Notes: generated by a model from the letters alone, not told the origin. DNA of 64,000 bases from Alphaproteobacteria bacterium UBA1185 (GCA_002310415.1 DBYN01000006.1:4996-68995); one strand, 5' to 3'; counted from the first letter of the stretch, positions 1 to 10,103 are shown. Program-made: numbers and translations.

Positions 1-2081
1 GGCTGGTCATAAACACACCCTTGATTATCAACATAATCACACGTACAACCCGAACTTGGCCACAAACGGTTCAGCGTATCGTCCGCCTTGCTAACGGTCT
101 GTGCTGCCTTCAATTCATTAATTCTGCTACATGACAAGGTTTGTGTTTTTGCACATTCTGAATACTCATTACTGCACCCAACAACGGTATCAGTTGCTTG
201 AACGCCCCCAGCAGCCCCCAACCAAGTCTCACGTACACTCGTGTTGTCACCCAAAGAATCTTTTGTTGAGTCTCCAAACTTAGTTGAAACTTTGGCTGCT
301 TCTATTTTCAAATGTTCGTCGCAAACCTTTGAATTTGTAATCGTATTCAAACATAATCCGATTACAACGTTATAATCCAAAACGCCCCCAACTTTGTTCA
401 TACTTTTGTTAAAATCTGCATTGTCGGTATTATATACATCCAAAACAATATCCGTTCTGTTGCGATAGCATTTTTCGTAATCTGCACCGCACATAGATTT
501 TACACAACCGGTAGCTGTTCTGGAACACTGCGTTTTCATTTCCGCAATCGCAGCATCATTATAAGAATCGGTCAATATCTTGTTCAATGTCGCAACAACA
601 CTTATTGGATCAGAATTTGACCCATCGTATATTGGGAATAACGTACTAAACGTAGTGTTATCTGTATACGCATATGTATAAATATTCTTGTTATTTGATG
701 CCAATGCGTATTTGCAATTTGCATCCGTATTTACCGATGCTTCACATCCCAATCTGATACTGTCGTATGTGTTTTTACCATTAATTGTATTTTCGCCTTC
801 ACCACTCTTATCAAAAACCAAGGCATAACATGCAGAACCAATACCACCACCACACGAACGCATTGCACATGTTTTAAATGTTTCAACGCATTTATCTTTG
901 GCCTTGGTATCAAATTTATTCAATATATCAGTCAAACGTTGATTCATCGCGGAATTCATACGTGTTGAATAAATATCTTCAAATACGCTTTCCGGATCTT
1001 CCATTAAATCTTTGGATGTTGGAACCTTGCCATCATTAGCAGTCATATAACAATATTTATTACCACCAATTGTTTCCGTACACATATTACGGATATAAGA
1101 ATTAACATCTTTTTTGGTTGTCTGTTCGGTTGACGTGTCGGTTAAACCCAACAATGCCCGCATTTCATCTTCAGATGGTGCAGCAGTTCCGTTATTAATA
1201 GAATCTATTATTTCCGCCTGAACCCGAGACACATCGGTCATACATCTTGCCGGATTGGTTCCACACGCACTTAATATACATTGGTCAGCAACCTTGTAAC
1301 AAGTGGAAACAGCATTCAATGCCGCCAATTCAGCACCGTCATCAATCAATTTACGTAATCTGGATTTTCCACCAGATACCCCCGTTGGCGCCATAGACAT
1401 ATTTGTATGTCCATATAATTCCATTAAACCATCACCACCACACCGGGCAATCGTTGATGCACACAACAAAGATTGTTTTTTAAATTCTTCATCACTGGTG
1501 CACAATTCAAAATCAGCACCACAAACACTTTCTTTCTTTAAACAAGATTCAGTTTTCTTGATACACTGTTGTAAATCATATCGATTTGAAATCTCTGCCC
1601 CCAATATCATTTGCCCCAAAACACTGCCGTCTGTGGGGTATGTATAGCGCGAAACTTCGTTATAACCATTATATTCTTTGACATTCGAAAAATTAGCCAC
1701 AGAAGATGTTCCAAACAAATCATTAATACCAGATGATGTACATTGTGATAAAATGCTTAAACATTTGGGCATTTGACCATGGAATAAAACATTTGTCGTA
1801 CATTCTTCGAAATTTGGACCGCACGCATCATTAGCCTTGATACAAGACGTATACGCATCTATACATTCACGATTATTCATCAAAGATGATGCCGTCGTTT
1901 TACCAACACCGCTGACCACGCCACCAGCAACAACCAATTTCGGATTCATATAACCCGACACAGATGGCAAACGTGATGCCGCAGAACCAGAAACCATACT
2001 GCCCCGCGCAGTCGCCGCAAAAGCCCCAGAAGCCGCGGACATAATTGCAATTAAACTAACGGTTTTGACAAGATATTTCAT
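1..2081 (-). CDS. Secreted cysteine-repeat protein; N-terminus present, C-terminus cut off by the window start; no family recognised
   Basis: Missing from the ORF track because it runs off the edge. My translation of the minus strand from ATG at 2079-2081 stayed open in every segment I checked, down to base 3. It starts MKYLVKTVSLIAIMSAASGAFA|ATARGS (signal peptide). At least five C-x6-C-x4/6-CG-x5/6-C motifs follow: CIDAYTSCIKANDACGPNFEEC, CIKKTESCLKKESVCGADFELC, CYKVADQCILSACGTNPARC, CVETFKTCAMRSCGGGIGSAC, CSRTATGCVKSMCGADYEKC. Confidence 0.6.
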   Translation of the reverse strand, partial: MKYLVKTVSLIAIMSAASGAFAATARGSMVSGSAASRLPSVSGYMNPKLVVAGGVVSGVGKTTASSLMNNRECIDAYTSCIKANDACGPNFEECTTNVLFHGQMPKCLSILSQCTSSGINDLFGTSSVANFSNVKEYNGYNEVSRYTYPTDGSVLGQMILGAEISNRYDLQQCIKKTESCLKKESVCGADFELCTSDEEFKKQSLLCASTIARCGGDGLMELYGHTNMSMAPTGVSGGKSRLRKLIDDGAELAALNAVSTCYKVADQCILSACGTNPARCMTDVSRVQAEIIDSINNGTAAPSEDEMRALLGLTDTSTEQTTKKDVNSYIRNMCTETIGGNKYCYMTANDGKVPTSKDLMEDPESVFEDIYSTRMNSAMNQRLTDILNKFDTKAKDKCVETFKTCAMRSCGGGIGSACYALVFDKSGEGENTINGKNTYDSIRLGCEASVNTDANCKYALASNNKNIYTYAYTDNTTFSTLFPIYDGSNSDPISVVATLNKILTDSYNDAAIAEMKTQCSRTATGCVKSMCGADYEKCYRNRTDIVLDVYNTDNADFNKSMNKVGGVLDYNVVIGLCLNTITNSKVCDEHLKIEAAKVSTKFGDSTKDSLGDNTSVRETWLGAAGGVQATDTVVGCSNEYSECAKTQTLSCSRINELKAAQTVSKADDTLNRLWPSSGCTCDYVDNQGCVYDQ

Positions 2082-2202
2082 CCCCTTTCTCCATTTTACT
2101 TTGTCTTTATTTTATCATAGTTTCAAAAATAATAAAAGAAAAAAATAACAATATTTTAATTATTTTTTCGGTGTTCACACAAACACCAGTTTATAAAAAA
2201 TT

Positions 2203-3162
2203 TTATTCGTTATCCAATATTTCTTTCAATTCCAACATATCGTTCGGCATTTTAGTTTTAAAATGCATCTGTTCGCCAGATACCGGATGTCTAAATTCCA
2301 ATACTTCGGCATGCAACATTTGTCCGGTATGATTTTGTAAAAAATCCAATAAATCTAAGTCTTTGACACTGCCAATATGGGATTTTTCGCGTCCGTACAA
2401 TGGGTCACACAAAACAGGAAACCCATGAGATGACAAATGGACACGAATTTGATGTGTTCGCCCCGTCAACAACGTACAGCGAAACAATGATATACCACTT
2501 TTTGTCCAAACATCTGCAACATTCACAACGGTATGTGCCGGTTTTCCACCCGTTTTTACCAAAGACATCTTTTGACGATTGCGTGATGAACGCGCTATGT
2601 TACCGGTAATATCTGCCCCACCCCAAAGCGGGACACCCCATACAAAGGCAACATATTTTCGCGTTAAATCATGTGTGGAAAACATTTTTACTAATTCACG
2701 ATACGCTATATCGCTTTTGGCAAAAACCATAACCCCACTTGTATCTTTGTCCAAGCGATGAACCACACCCGGTCGTGTTTGACCACCCAGCGCAGATAAA
2801 TGCGTATGCGCCAGTAAATTTTGTACCAATGTACCAGTTTTATTGCCCGCAGATGGGTACATCACAACCCCGCGTGGCTTGTTTATCACTATTATATCAT
2901 CGTCTTCGTATAAAATATCTAAATCAAAATCTTTGGAAATGTTATCGTACGCGATATCTGTTTTGCGTTCCGCAATTTTAACCGTAAATTCATCACCAAT
3001 TTTTGTTTTATCGGATAATTTCACCCCACCGCCATTAACACGACATATTTCAAACTGTTGAATTTCACTGCGAGAAAATTCCGGCATTTGCAAAGACAAA
3101 AATTTATCAACACGAATACCAATATTTTGATCATCTACTTTGAAAATGCGGGTATCAGACAT
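2203..3162 (-). CDS. rluD: RluA-family 23S rRNA pseudouridine synthase (RluD-like), with N-terminal S4 domain
   Basis: 319 aa. Catalytic motif HRLDKDTSG, GRTHQIRVH motif, and S4-like N-terminus (RVDKFLS...SRSEIQ). Confidence 0.9.
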   Translation of the reverse strand: MSDTRIFKVDDQNIGIRVDKFLSLQMPEFSRSEIQQFEICRVNGGGVKLSDKTKIGDEFTVKIAERKTDIAYDNISKDFDLDILYEDDDIIVINKPRGVVMYPSAGNKTGTLVQNLLAHTHLSALGGQTRPGVVHRLDKDTSGVMVFAKSDIAYRELVKMFSTHDLTRKYVAFVWGVPLWGGADITGNIARSSRNRQKMSLVKTGGKPAHTVVNVADVWTKSGISLFRCTLLTGRTHQIRVHLSSHGFPVLCDPLYGREKSHIGSVKDLDLLDFLQNHTGQMLHAEVLEFRHPVSGEQMHFKTKMPNDMLELKEILDNE

Positions 3163-3620
3163 TATTTAATCTCTTTCCAATCTTTGCCAATTTCACACTG
3201 TGAAATATCAATTGTAAAATTACGGTCGCCATCCACAGGACATGTTAAAATACCAGTTGTAACAGAATCTAATGCCTGTTCATCTGCATTTCGCCATGCA
3301 AAAGATATTGTTTCGGGTTTATATACACAAACCAACCTTAAATGCCCCGTCATTTTTCCATTTGGTGACACCCAAACGCGAACACTGTCCGCTTCACCAT
3401 AACAAGGAAAAGCATCCAGATAATACAAAACCAAACCTTTTTTTACAAAAGACTTGTTTTTTCCAATAATTGTTCCGGAAAATTGTTTCCATGATTTACC
3501 AGTAACTGCCGCCCAATCAACAGTTGTAGAAAATATGCTAACACGTGGTGCAACAGGCACTGTATCCGCAAATGCGCAAGTTATCATAAAAATAAAAAAC
3601 AACGAAATTAATTTCTTCAT
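3162..3620 (-). CDS. Hypothetical secreted protein
   Basis: 152 aa with signal peptide MKKLISLFFIFMITCAFA|DT. Overlaps the upstream gene by 4 nt and rluD by 1 nt. No family recognised. Confidence 0.5.
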   Translation of the reverse strand: MKKLISLFFIFMITCAFADTVPVAPRVSIFSTTVDWAAVTGKSWKQFSGTIIGKNKSFVKKGLVLYYLDAFPCYGEADSVRVWVSPNGKMTGHLRLVCVYKPETISFAWRNADEQALDSVTTGILTCPVDGDRNFTIDISQCEIGKDWKEIK

Positions 3621-4132
3621 TTATATTCCTTTAATTCAACAGATACACGCTTTACGTTTGTTGGCTCTACTGACAATATATGATTAAATGTCACTGTGTT
3701 TTTAGGTTCCAAAAATGTAGCCGGTGGCATAAAAGTTTGACGCGATAATACATTATTATTTATATCATAAGATACTATTATAACGTTTGGTAATCCATAT
3801 ATTTCATCGGTATTATTTTTAATATCACCTGAAACAAAAATACTTTGCCGACCATTTTTATCCAAAACAAGGCGAACATTTTTTTCATCTATGCGCGCAA
3901 TTAATGGTTTATTGTTCGCAGAATTATTCTGAAACTTTACAATCGCAACAAACGAAAATATACATGCCGCAATCAAAGCACATAACACAACGCAAAATTT
4001 TAACCATGTCCGATTCCAAGTAAATGATGAACGTGGTAACCACACGTGTCCACATATCGCACATTTCACAGGTTTATTCGGCGTGCGGTTCAATGTATAT
4101 TCTGTTTTACAAAAATCACAAATTATTTTCAT
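3617..4132 (-). CDS. MJ0042-type zinc-ribbon protein with one TM helix and a DUF3426-like C-terminal domain
   Basis: N-terminus MKIICDFCKTEYTL...VKCAICGHVW (CxxC...CxxC zinc ribbon). TM segment WLKFCVVLCALIAACIFSFVAIV, then a beta-rich C-terminus. Confidence 0.65.
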   Translation of the reverse strand: MKIICDFCKTEYTLNRTPNKPVKCAICGHVWLPRSSFTWNRTWLKFCVVLCALIAACIFSFVAIVKFQNNSANNKPLIARIDEKNVRLVLDKNGRQSIFVSGDIKNNTDEIYGLPNVIIVSYDINNNVLSRQTFMPPATFLEPKNTVTFNHILSVEPTNVKRVSVELKEYK

Positions 4133-4167
4133 TGTACACCTTTGATTTATAAAATTTATAGCACAAT

Positions 4168-5499
4168 TTATTCTAAATTCAACATTTGATATTTTTGACG
4201 AACTCGTGTTTGAATTTCATGTAAAGCATTCAGAAAATCGCCAACTGTTGCATTCATATTTGATGTAACACCACCAAATAAAATTGTTGATACTGTCCCC
4301 GATTTTGATTCAATCGCAACAGCACTTGTCGCCAAACGTGATAATTCAGGAAAAGAAACGTCTGCAAAACGCGCCTTTTTATTTGTTATATCCCAATAAT
4401 AACTGGAATCTTTGGCATCTTGAATTTTATCACTAACAATTAATTTTGGTGTTACAGAACCCGTATAACCAACAGTTACATAACCAACATCTACGTGTCC
4501 CAAAACCAAATCCATGTCGCCAATTACTTTTAATATCGACTCTTTGCCAGATGATGCATTTACAGAAAATCCGCTTAACGTCAAATTATTTACATATAAA
4601 TCATTTGTTTTAAACGAAGAAAATTTTCCCGAATCTGCCAAAGATAATAATCCCGCGACATTCATCTGTTTGGAATCGGCGGTTAACGCACCATTTACGA
4701 CAGCATTATTTGTGGCATACACTGAATCCAATTTTGTTCTATTTGCGAAAACTAATGAATTTGTTGCTAATTTGCCAGAATTAATTTTTTCTTCAAATTG
4801 CGCTTTGTTTGCATCAATAAATCTTGCATTAATTATGTCGTGTCCATCAAGATTTAATGACGATAACATGGTGGCATCACTTGCCCGTTCAGATGGCAAT
4901 CGCCACAAATATTCTATGTTACCACGTTTCACAGATGTTGTACCAACAATGCCTTTATTTTTTGTAATACCAAAATCACTGGCATTAGTATGAAATACAC
5001 CAAAACCACCGTATGTTTGATTGGATTCTATGAACCCAAATTTACCACCACCAAGATTTACAATTTCACGTGTACGTAAAGGGCTAATACTTTTATCATT
5101 TAAAATAACTATACCCTGCAAAGTTGATTTGTTGTTTATATCTGATGATTTTAATATTCTTAATTGATAATCATCTTTATAAGAATTTGCAATATTATCT
5201 GGCAAACCATAGTTTACTAAATCTGAAATTTTAACATTAAATATCTTCTTGCCCACAGGTTTCATCAACAAAGATTTGTTTTCCAAAATATAATGCTCCA
5301 AAGCATTTTGAACAATTTCCAACTGATTTGCTATGACAATATTTCTGGCACGCAATACCGCGTTTTGTTGATATCTGAATATAAATGGAATAACAATAGC
5401 AGCCAAACAAATTGTCATCATCAATTCAATCAACATGCCACCATGCTGATCAGGTAGATTAAAAAAATATTTTTTGTGTGTTTTCATTTTATATGCCAA
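4168..5499 (-). CDS. Large (443 aa) protein with type IV prepilin-like N-terminus (paralog 3 of 3)
   Basis: N-terminus ...NLPDQHG|GMLIELMMTICLAAIVIPFIF: Gly cleavage site, Glu at +5, hydrophobic helix. Shares the block SLNLDGHDIINARFIDA and an N/D/S/T/G-rich repetitive C-terminal half with the two upstream ORFs. Confidence 0.6.
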   Translation of the reverse strand: MAYKMKTHKKYFFNLPDQHGGMLIELMMTICLAAIVIPFIFRYQQNAVLRARNIVIANQLEIVQNALEHYILENKSLLMKPVGKKIFNVKISDLVNYGLPDNIANSYKDDYQLRILKSSDINNKSTLQGIVILNDKSISPLRTREIVNLGGGKFGFIESNQTYGGFGVFHTNASDFGITKNKGIVGTTSVKRGNIEYLWRLPSERASDATMLSSLNLDGHDIINARFIDANKAQFEEKINSGKLATNSLVFANRTKLDSVYATNNAVVNGALTADSKQMNVAGLLSLADSGKFSSFKTNDLYVNNLTLSGFSVNASSGKESILKVIGDMDLVLGHVDVGYVTVGYTGSVTPKLIVSDKIQDAKDSSYYWDITNKKARFADVSFPELSRLATSAVAIESKSGTVSTILFGGVTSNMNATVGDFLNALHEIQTRVRQKYQMLNLE

Positions 5500-6689
5500 T
5501 TTGCCGACGTTATGTTTTTAAATTCTTGTACATCTGGGACAGAAGGCACAGATGCGCGTGTTAATATCAATTTTGAAAACGATGGCGGTGTATTTGTTGG
5601 AAATACCCAAGAACCTATTTGTAATGGTCCCGCCCCAGATAACAATAATTCACCCGACACTGTTACCCCAAATCCATCACCAAAAACCATTTCTGTTGCA
5701 GATATGTACGGTGTCAAAAGTTTACTGGTTGAAATACCAGTAAATCCAGTTATTGACCGTGCACTGTCAGATTTTAAAATCAAATTATTTGCAACATTAA
5801 CTGAATCTGCTATGCTTGCACTGTCTACAATCAAACGCCCATTTGTAACATATTTGTCACCATTTAATCTGTCTGCAAAAATTTTACTGAATCCATTTGT
5901 ATCACCTGTTACACGCATAGAACCAATTTTAATATCTGTCGAATCTAAATTTGCGCCAGAAGAAAAATATAACACGTCCGCATCAACAACATCTGAAGTT
6001 AAAAACACACCGTCCACATCCGTTATTTTTGCAGACAAAGATAAAATATTACCAACATCAAATAAATTAAAATTATTCATGTTTAAATCGCGTTGCATTT
6101 GATTTAATCCATCTTCACCCATTGTACCACGATGTAAAAATCTAGATGTGTCTTCACCTTGAAAATCACGAGATATTCTGAATACTAAGTCACCAGGATT
6201 AAATACTTCTGGCGCAGACACAGCCCAAGTTTGCCCATACGCAACATCGTCATCACTAACAATTGCAGCATCTATACCTATGTGTTTTGCTACGTTCACA
6301 GAATGATATAAATTATTATTCATATCAAATGCCAAATATACGTCTGTGATTGATGCACCATTAACTTTATATTTGTCTATGAAACCAGCATATGCTAATG
6401 GCGCAATTTTATTTATTTCATCATCTGTTAACTGAATTTCAACTGTATCTGGCCATTGTGTTTGATTGATACGTAAAAAATTAATTACCGAATCTTTTGA
6501 TTTAACAATTTTATTTGCCGTTGCTATATCACGCACATCACCAGAAATATCCATTATTTGATTATACATAAAAGGCGATATCGCAATAACTACGGTAATT
6601 GCCAATAAAACCTCTAATACAGAAGCACCACGTTCTGCACAAGACAACATATTGTAAAAATGTTTTTTACATACACTCATTTCCGCCAT
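5484..6689 (-). CDS. Large (about 390-401 aa) protein with type IV prepilin-like N-terminus (paralog 2 of 3)
   Basis: N-terminus ...MLSCAERG|ASVLEVLLAITVVIAISPF, with Glu at +5. The start is uncertain. ATG at 6650 would give a typical 8-aa leader and remove the overlap with the upstream stop at 6667. Confidence 0.6.
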   Translation of the reverse strand: MAEMSVCKKHFYNMLSCAERGASVLEVLLAITVVIAISPFMYNQIMDISGDVRDIATANKIVKSKDSVINFLRINQTQWPDTVEIQLTDDEINKIAPLAYAGFIDKYKVNGASITDVYLAFDMNNNLYHSVNVAKHIGIDAAIVSDDDVAYGQTWAVSAPEVFNPGDLVFRISRDFQGEDTSRFLHRGTMGEDGLNQMQRDLNMNNFNLFDVGNILSLSAKITDVDGVFLTSDVVDADVLYFSSGANLDSTDIKIGSMRVTGDTNGFSKIFADRLNGDKYVTNGRLIVDSASIADSVNVANNLILKSDSARSITGFTGISTSKLLTPYISATEMVFGDGFGVTVSGELLLSGAGPLQIGSWVFPTNTPPSFSKLILTRASVPSVPDVQEFKNITSANWHIK

Positions 6690-8019
6690 TCATCAAACAT
6701 TGTTTTATATCTATTCTGTTTTCTAATCTTTGCCAAAACACATACTGACAGATTATATTTTGCGCCAAAGATTTACTGTTATAATTGCCATTTAATGATT
6801 CAATAATATTTTTACACGAAACGGTTTTTCCATCTATATCTTTGACATCTGCAATAATTTCAAACGAATCGTTATTAATGTTATCTATGTATGCATCTGG
6901 TAACAAAGAAGTTCCCGCAGGTCTTATGTCTATTAACACAGGTCCGCTTTGTCCATTTAACAAACCATACGAAGTTTGATCGCGCAAAGTTATATTTGCC
7001 GCCGAAATTGTTTTAACATTTATGCCAGATTTTGTATTATATTCAAAACTTTCTGGGTCAACATAAACATCTTGCCCGCGTGAAGCATCAATATATGCAC
7101 CAACATCCAAACGTTCAACCGTGAAACTGAAATTATCTGCGCGTACATTACCACGGACCAACCAATTTGCTGGACCAGTAAAACTGGTTTTGCCTTCTGC
7201 CATTGAAAAATCATAAACTGATGCAACATTTGATTCAAAAGAACCAGTTGTTCCAAATTTAGCAATTGTGCGTAAAAAAACATCCCCTACATTCAATTCG
7301 CCACGATTCAAAGACAAAGCCGAACCACCATCTGCACTTTGAAATACAGTTTTATTTGCAAATAAATCTGAGATTTTATTTTTATCTTGGCGACCAGATT
7401 CTATTCCGTATAACGTCAATGTTCCAAATTGGACAGATTCAAAATCGCCATTACGTGCAAACAAAATATTTATTTTATCTATGCTGTTATCACCCATATC
7501 TAATTCAGATAAAAACCCAATATTTTCGTCAGTTTCTTTTTTATTAACAATATCTGAATACATAGTATCTAATGGAATATGTACGTAAATATTACCGTCT
7601 ACAATCTCTGCATAAAAACCAATTCTGCGAGCCAATTCTGCAACTTGCATTTTAGATAGGTTGCCTTTGGTAATTTTAATATAACTTATTATACCATCTT
7701 CATTTTTATCTATGAACAAAGATATATCTTGTTCAAATACAGTTTTTGGATTAAATCCGTATGGCAGTCCGTAATCTGTCAAATCATGTATAAATTTATC
7801 ACCTAATAATTCTGTTTTTTTGTATTGCAATTTATCTTTCATTTCGCGCATATAAACCCGCGCTGTGTTATGAGCCACTTCAATCTGTTCTGTTACAGCA
7901 TACATTTGCGCAGCATTATCACGTGCAGAAATTTTTCCTGCAAAAAATGGTATAAAAGCAAAAACTAATGTCAATGCCAATAACGCCTGTAATAAAAAAC
8001 TTCCGCTTTGTTTGTACAA
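6667..8019 (-). CDS. Large (450 aa) protein with type IV prepilin-like N-terminus lacking Glu5 (paralog 1 of 3)
   Basis: N-terminus MYKQSG|SFLLQALLALTLVFAFIPFF: 6-aa leader, Gln at +5. First gene of the minus-strand chain 8019 to 2203. Confidence 0.6.
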   Translation of the reverse strand: MYKQSGSFLLQALLALTLVFAFIPFFAGKISARDNAAQMYAVTEQIEVAHNTARVYMREMKDKLQYKKTELLGDKFIHDLTDYGLPYGFNPKTVFEQDISLFIDKNEDGIISYIKITKGNLSKMQVAELARRIGFYAEIVDGNIYVHIPLDTMYSDIVNKKETDENIGFLSELDMGDNSIDKINILFARNGDFESVQFGTLTLYGIESGRQDKNKISDLFANKTVFQSADGGSALSLNRGELNVGDVFLRTIAKFGTTGSFESNVASVYDFSMAEGKTSFTGPANWLVRGNVRADNFSFTVERLDVGAYIDASRGQDVYVDPESFEYNTKSGINVKTISAANITLRDQTSYGLLNGQSGPVLIDIRPAGTSLLPDAYIDNINNDSFEIIADVKDIDGKTVSCKNIIESLNGNYNSKSLAQNIICQYVFWQRLENRIDIKQCLMNGGNECM

Positions 8020-8065
8020 AAAAACTCCCCCCTACAAAAGAAATCATAGCAATTGAAAAAAATTA

Positions 8066-8094
8066 TTGCAATCAGTTTTAAGATGTTTTACAAT
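8066..8094 (+). promoter_or_regulatory. Candidate sigma70-type promoter for the DUF4167 gene / dnaX
   Basis: TTGCAA (8066-8071), 17-nt spacer, TACAAT (8089-8094), about 70 nt upstream of the ATG at 8167. Chance matches are common in AT-rich DNA. Confidence 0.3.
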
Positions 8095-8166
8095 CAACCT
8101 GTTGAACGAAACAGTAATGGGATTACTGTTAAAAATATTCCCTTAAAAAAAACATGAAGTAAAGAA

Positions 8167-8484
8167 ATGCAAAATAAAAAAAATCAAACAACTGTTGGTC
8201 AGATGATTCAGCGTTGTCATAAATGGCGCCAAAAAAGAAAACAATATATTGATTTGGCTCGTCAAACCAGTGATGAAATTGAACGCGAACGTTTGTTACA
8301 AACTGCTGAACATTACGGCAGAATTGTTAACGAAGAACAGGTTAAAATAGATTCTCAACGCGACCCCAAAGACAAAGCACCAATCCAAGAAGAAACAAAC
8401 GAATCTTCTGAAAATACTGAATCTGCTGAATCAAATGAAGACGACGAAATCGGCTTTCCAGATTTTATTACTAATTTACAGTAA
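8167..8484 (+). CDS. DUF4167-like small protein (alphaproteobacterial family)
   Basis: 105 aa. Segment KQYIDLARQTSDEIERERLLQTAEHYGRIV resembles the DUF4167 core as I remember it (Y..lAr......e...qhAEHY.Ri). Acidic tail ends GFPDFI. Confidence 0.55.
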   Translation: MQNKKNQTTVGQMIQRCHKWRQKRKQYIDLARQTSDEIERERLLQTAEHYGRIVNEEQVKIDSQRDPKDKAPIQEETNESSENTESAESNEDDEIGFPDFITNLQ

Positions 8485-8548
8485 AAATAAATTTGTTTTT
8501 TATTGAAATCGGGTATTTATTTGCTATGCTTTGCACAAAGGAAGCATT

Positions 8549-10084
8549 ATGGAAAATAATTATACTGTTCTGGCACGTAAATATCGCAGTCAAGATTTTG
8601 AATCTTTGATTGGTCAAGATGTGTTGGTTAAAACTTTGACAACCGCTATTAATACGGGACGTATTGCACATGCATATATATTTACTGGTATTCGTGGAAC
8701 CGGAAAAACCAGTACTGCGCGTATATTGGCCAAGGCGTTAAATTGTTTATCTTCTGAAACAGCAACATCAAAACCATGTGGAAAATGTGAAAACTGTCGC
8801 GCCATAGCCGCAGGACAACATATTGATGTTATGGAAATTGATGCTGCATCACATACTGGGGTTGATAATATGCGCGATATTTTGGATGCCGCTCAATATC
8901 GTCCTACAAATGCCAGATACAAAGTGTATATTATTGACGAAGTTCATATGTTATCAACCAGCGCATTTAATGCATTATTAAAAACATTAGAAGAACCACC
9001 TGCACATGTTATATTTATATTGGCAACAACCGAAATTAGAAAAGTTCCTGTAACAATTCTGTCGCGCTGTCAAAGATTTGATTTGGCTCGTGTTCCTGTT
9101 GAAACATTGAAAAAACATTTCGCTTATATTGCTGGTCAAGAAAACATCGAATTATCTGATGGTGCAAACGAATTGTTGGCACGTGCCGCTGATGGTTCTG
9201 TGCGCGATGGGTTATCTTTGTTGGATCAAGCAATTGCACAAACTGGTGGTCATGTTGATGAAACCGCTGTTTTAGACATGTTAAAAAGAACAGATCGTGG
9301 TACTGTTGTTGGGTTTATGAAAACCATTTTATCTGGCGATGTTAGTGTCGCATTGAATAAACTGGACGAAATATATAACAACGGCGCAGATTTAACTATG
9401 TTATTAAACGATATGATGGAATGGACGCATTGGGCAACACGCATGTATCCATCATTACGCTTGCAAGATTCAACTTCGTCCCCATATACCGCCGACCAAC
9501 GCGAAACAATAAAAAATATCAATGAAAATATATCTTTGAACACTTTGTCCAGAATATGGCAAGTTATGGTTGCGGCTGTTCCAGAATTACAGGCATCAAA
9601 CAATCAAAAACAATGTTTTGATATGTTGGTTGTACGATTAATGCATATCGCAGATATGCCATCAATTCCAGAATTATTAAAACAGCAAGACAACAATACA
9701 ACACCTCAAAAACAACCAGAGATTAAAGTTGCCGAACAAACCAAGCATATTGATATAAAAACGTCTGATGAATTGGCATCTGCTTTACAACATGCACGTG
9801 AATTATTATTGTATTCTTACTATGCTAATAATCTTGAAATTATCAATTTTGATATTGGAAAAATAAAATATTTTGACCGCAAAGGCGATAAAGATTTTTC
9901 ACAAAAATTGGCTATTTGGTTAAAAGATAATACGGGCCAAACGTGGGAATTAGAAACTGTATCAGAATCGCCTCATCAACAAACCGTCGTAGAACATACT
10001 AAATCTGAAATAGAATCTGACCCTATGGTCGCCAACGCGATGGGATTATTTGAAGATGCAGAGATTGTAAGTATATCTAAATAA
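8549..10084 (+). CDS. dnaX: DNA polymerase III subunit gamma/tau
   Basis: Walker A GIRGTGKTS, zinc module CGKCENC, IIDEVHMLS, SRCQRF. The ORF-track start 8531 is TTG. ATG at 8549 follows AAGGAAG, so I prefer it. Confidence 0.9.
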   Translation: MENNYTVLARKYRSQDFESLIGQDVLVKTLTTAINTGRIAHAYIFTGIRGTGKTSTARILAKALNCLSSETATSKPCGKCENCRAIAAGQHIDVMEIDAASHTGVDNMRDILDAAQYRPTNARYKVYIIDEVHMLSTSAFNALLKTLEEPPAHVIFILATTEIRKVPVTILSRCQRFDLARVPVETLKKHFAYIAGQENIELSDGANELLARAADGSVRDGLSLLDQAIAQTGGHVDETAVLDMLKRTDRGTVVGFMKTILSGDVSVALNKLDEIYNNGADLTMLLNDMMEWTHWATRMYPSLRLQDSTSSPYTADQRETIKNINENISLNTLSRIWQVMVAAVPELQASNNQKQCFDMLVVRLMHIADMPSIPELLKQQDNNTTPQKQPEIKVAEQTKHIDIKTSDELASALQHARELLLYSYYANNLEIINFDIGKIKYFDRKGDKDFSQKLAIWLKDNTGQTWELETVSESPHQQTVVEHTKSEIESDPMVANAMGLFEDAEIVSISK

Positions 10085-10103
10085 ACAAACCAGGGGTAAA
10101 AAT

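Noticed and set aside
8549-10084. Programmed -1 frameshift site in dnaX (gamma versus tau).
   Set aside because: I scanned the gene for the A-AAA-AAG heptamer and did not see one. Only AAAAAAC and AAAAAAT runs are present, with no obvious downstream hairpin.
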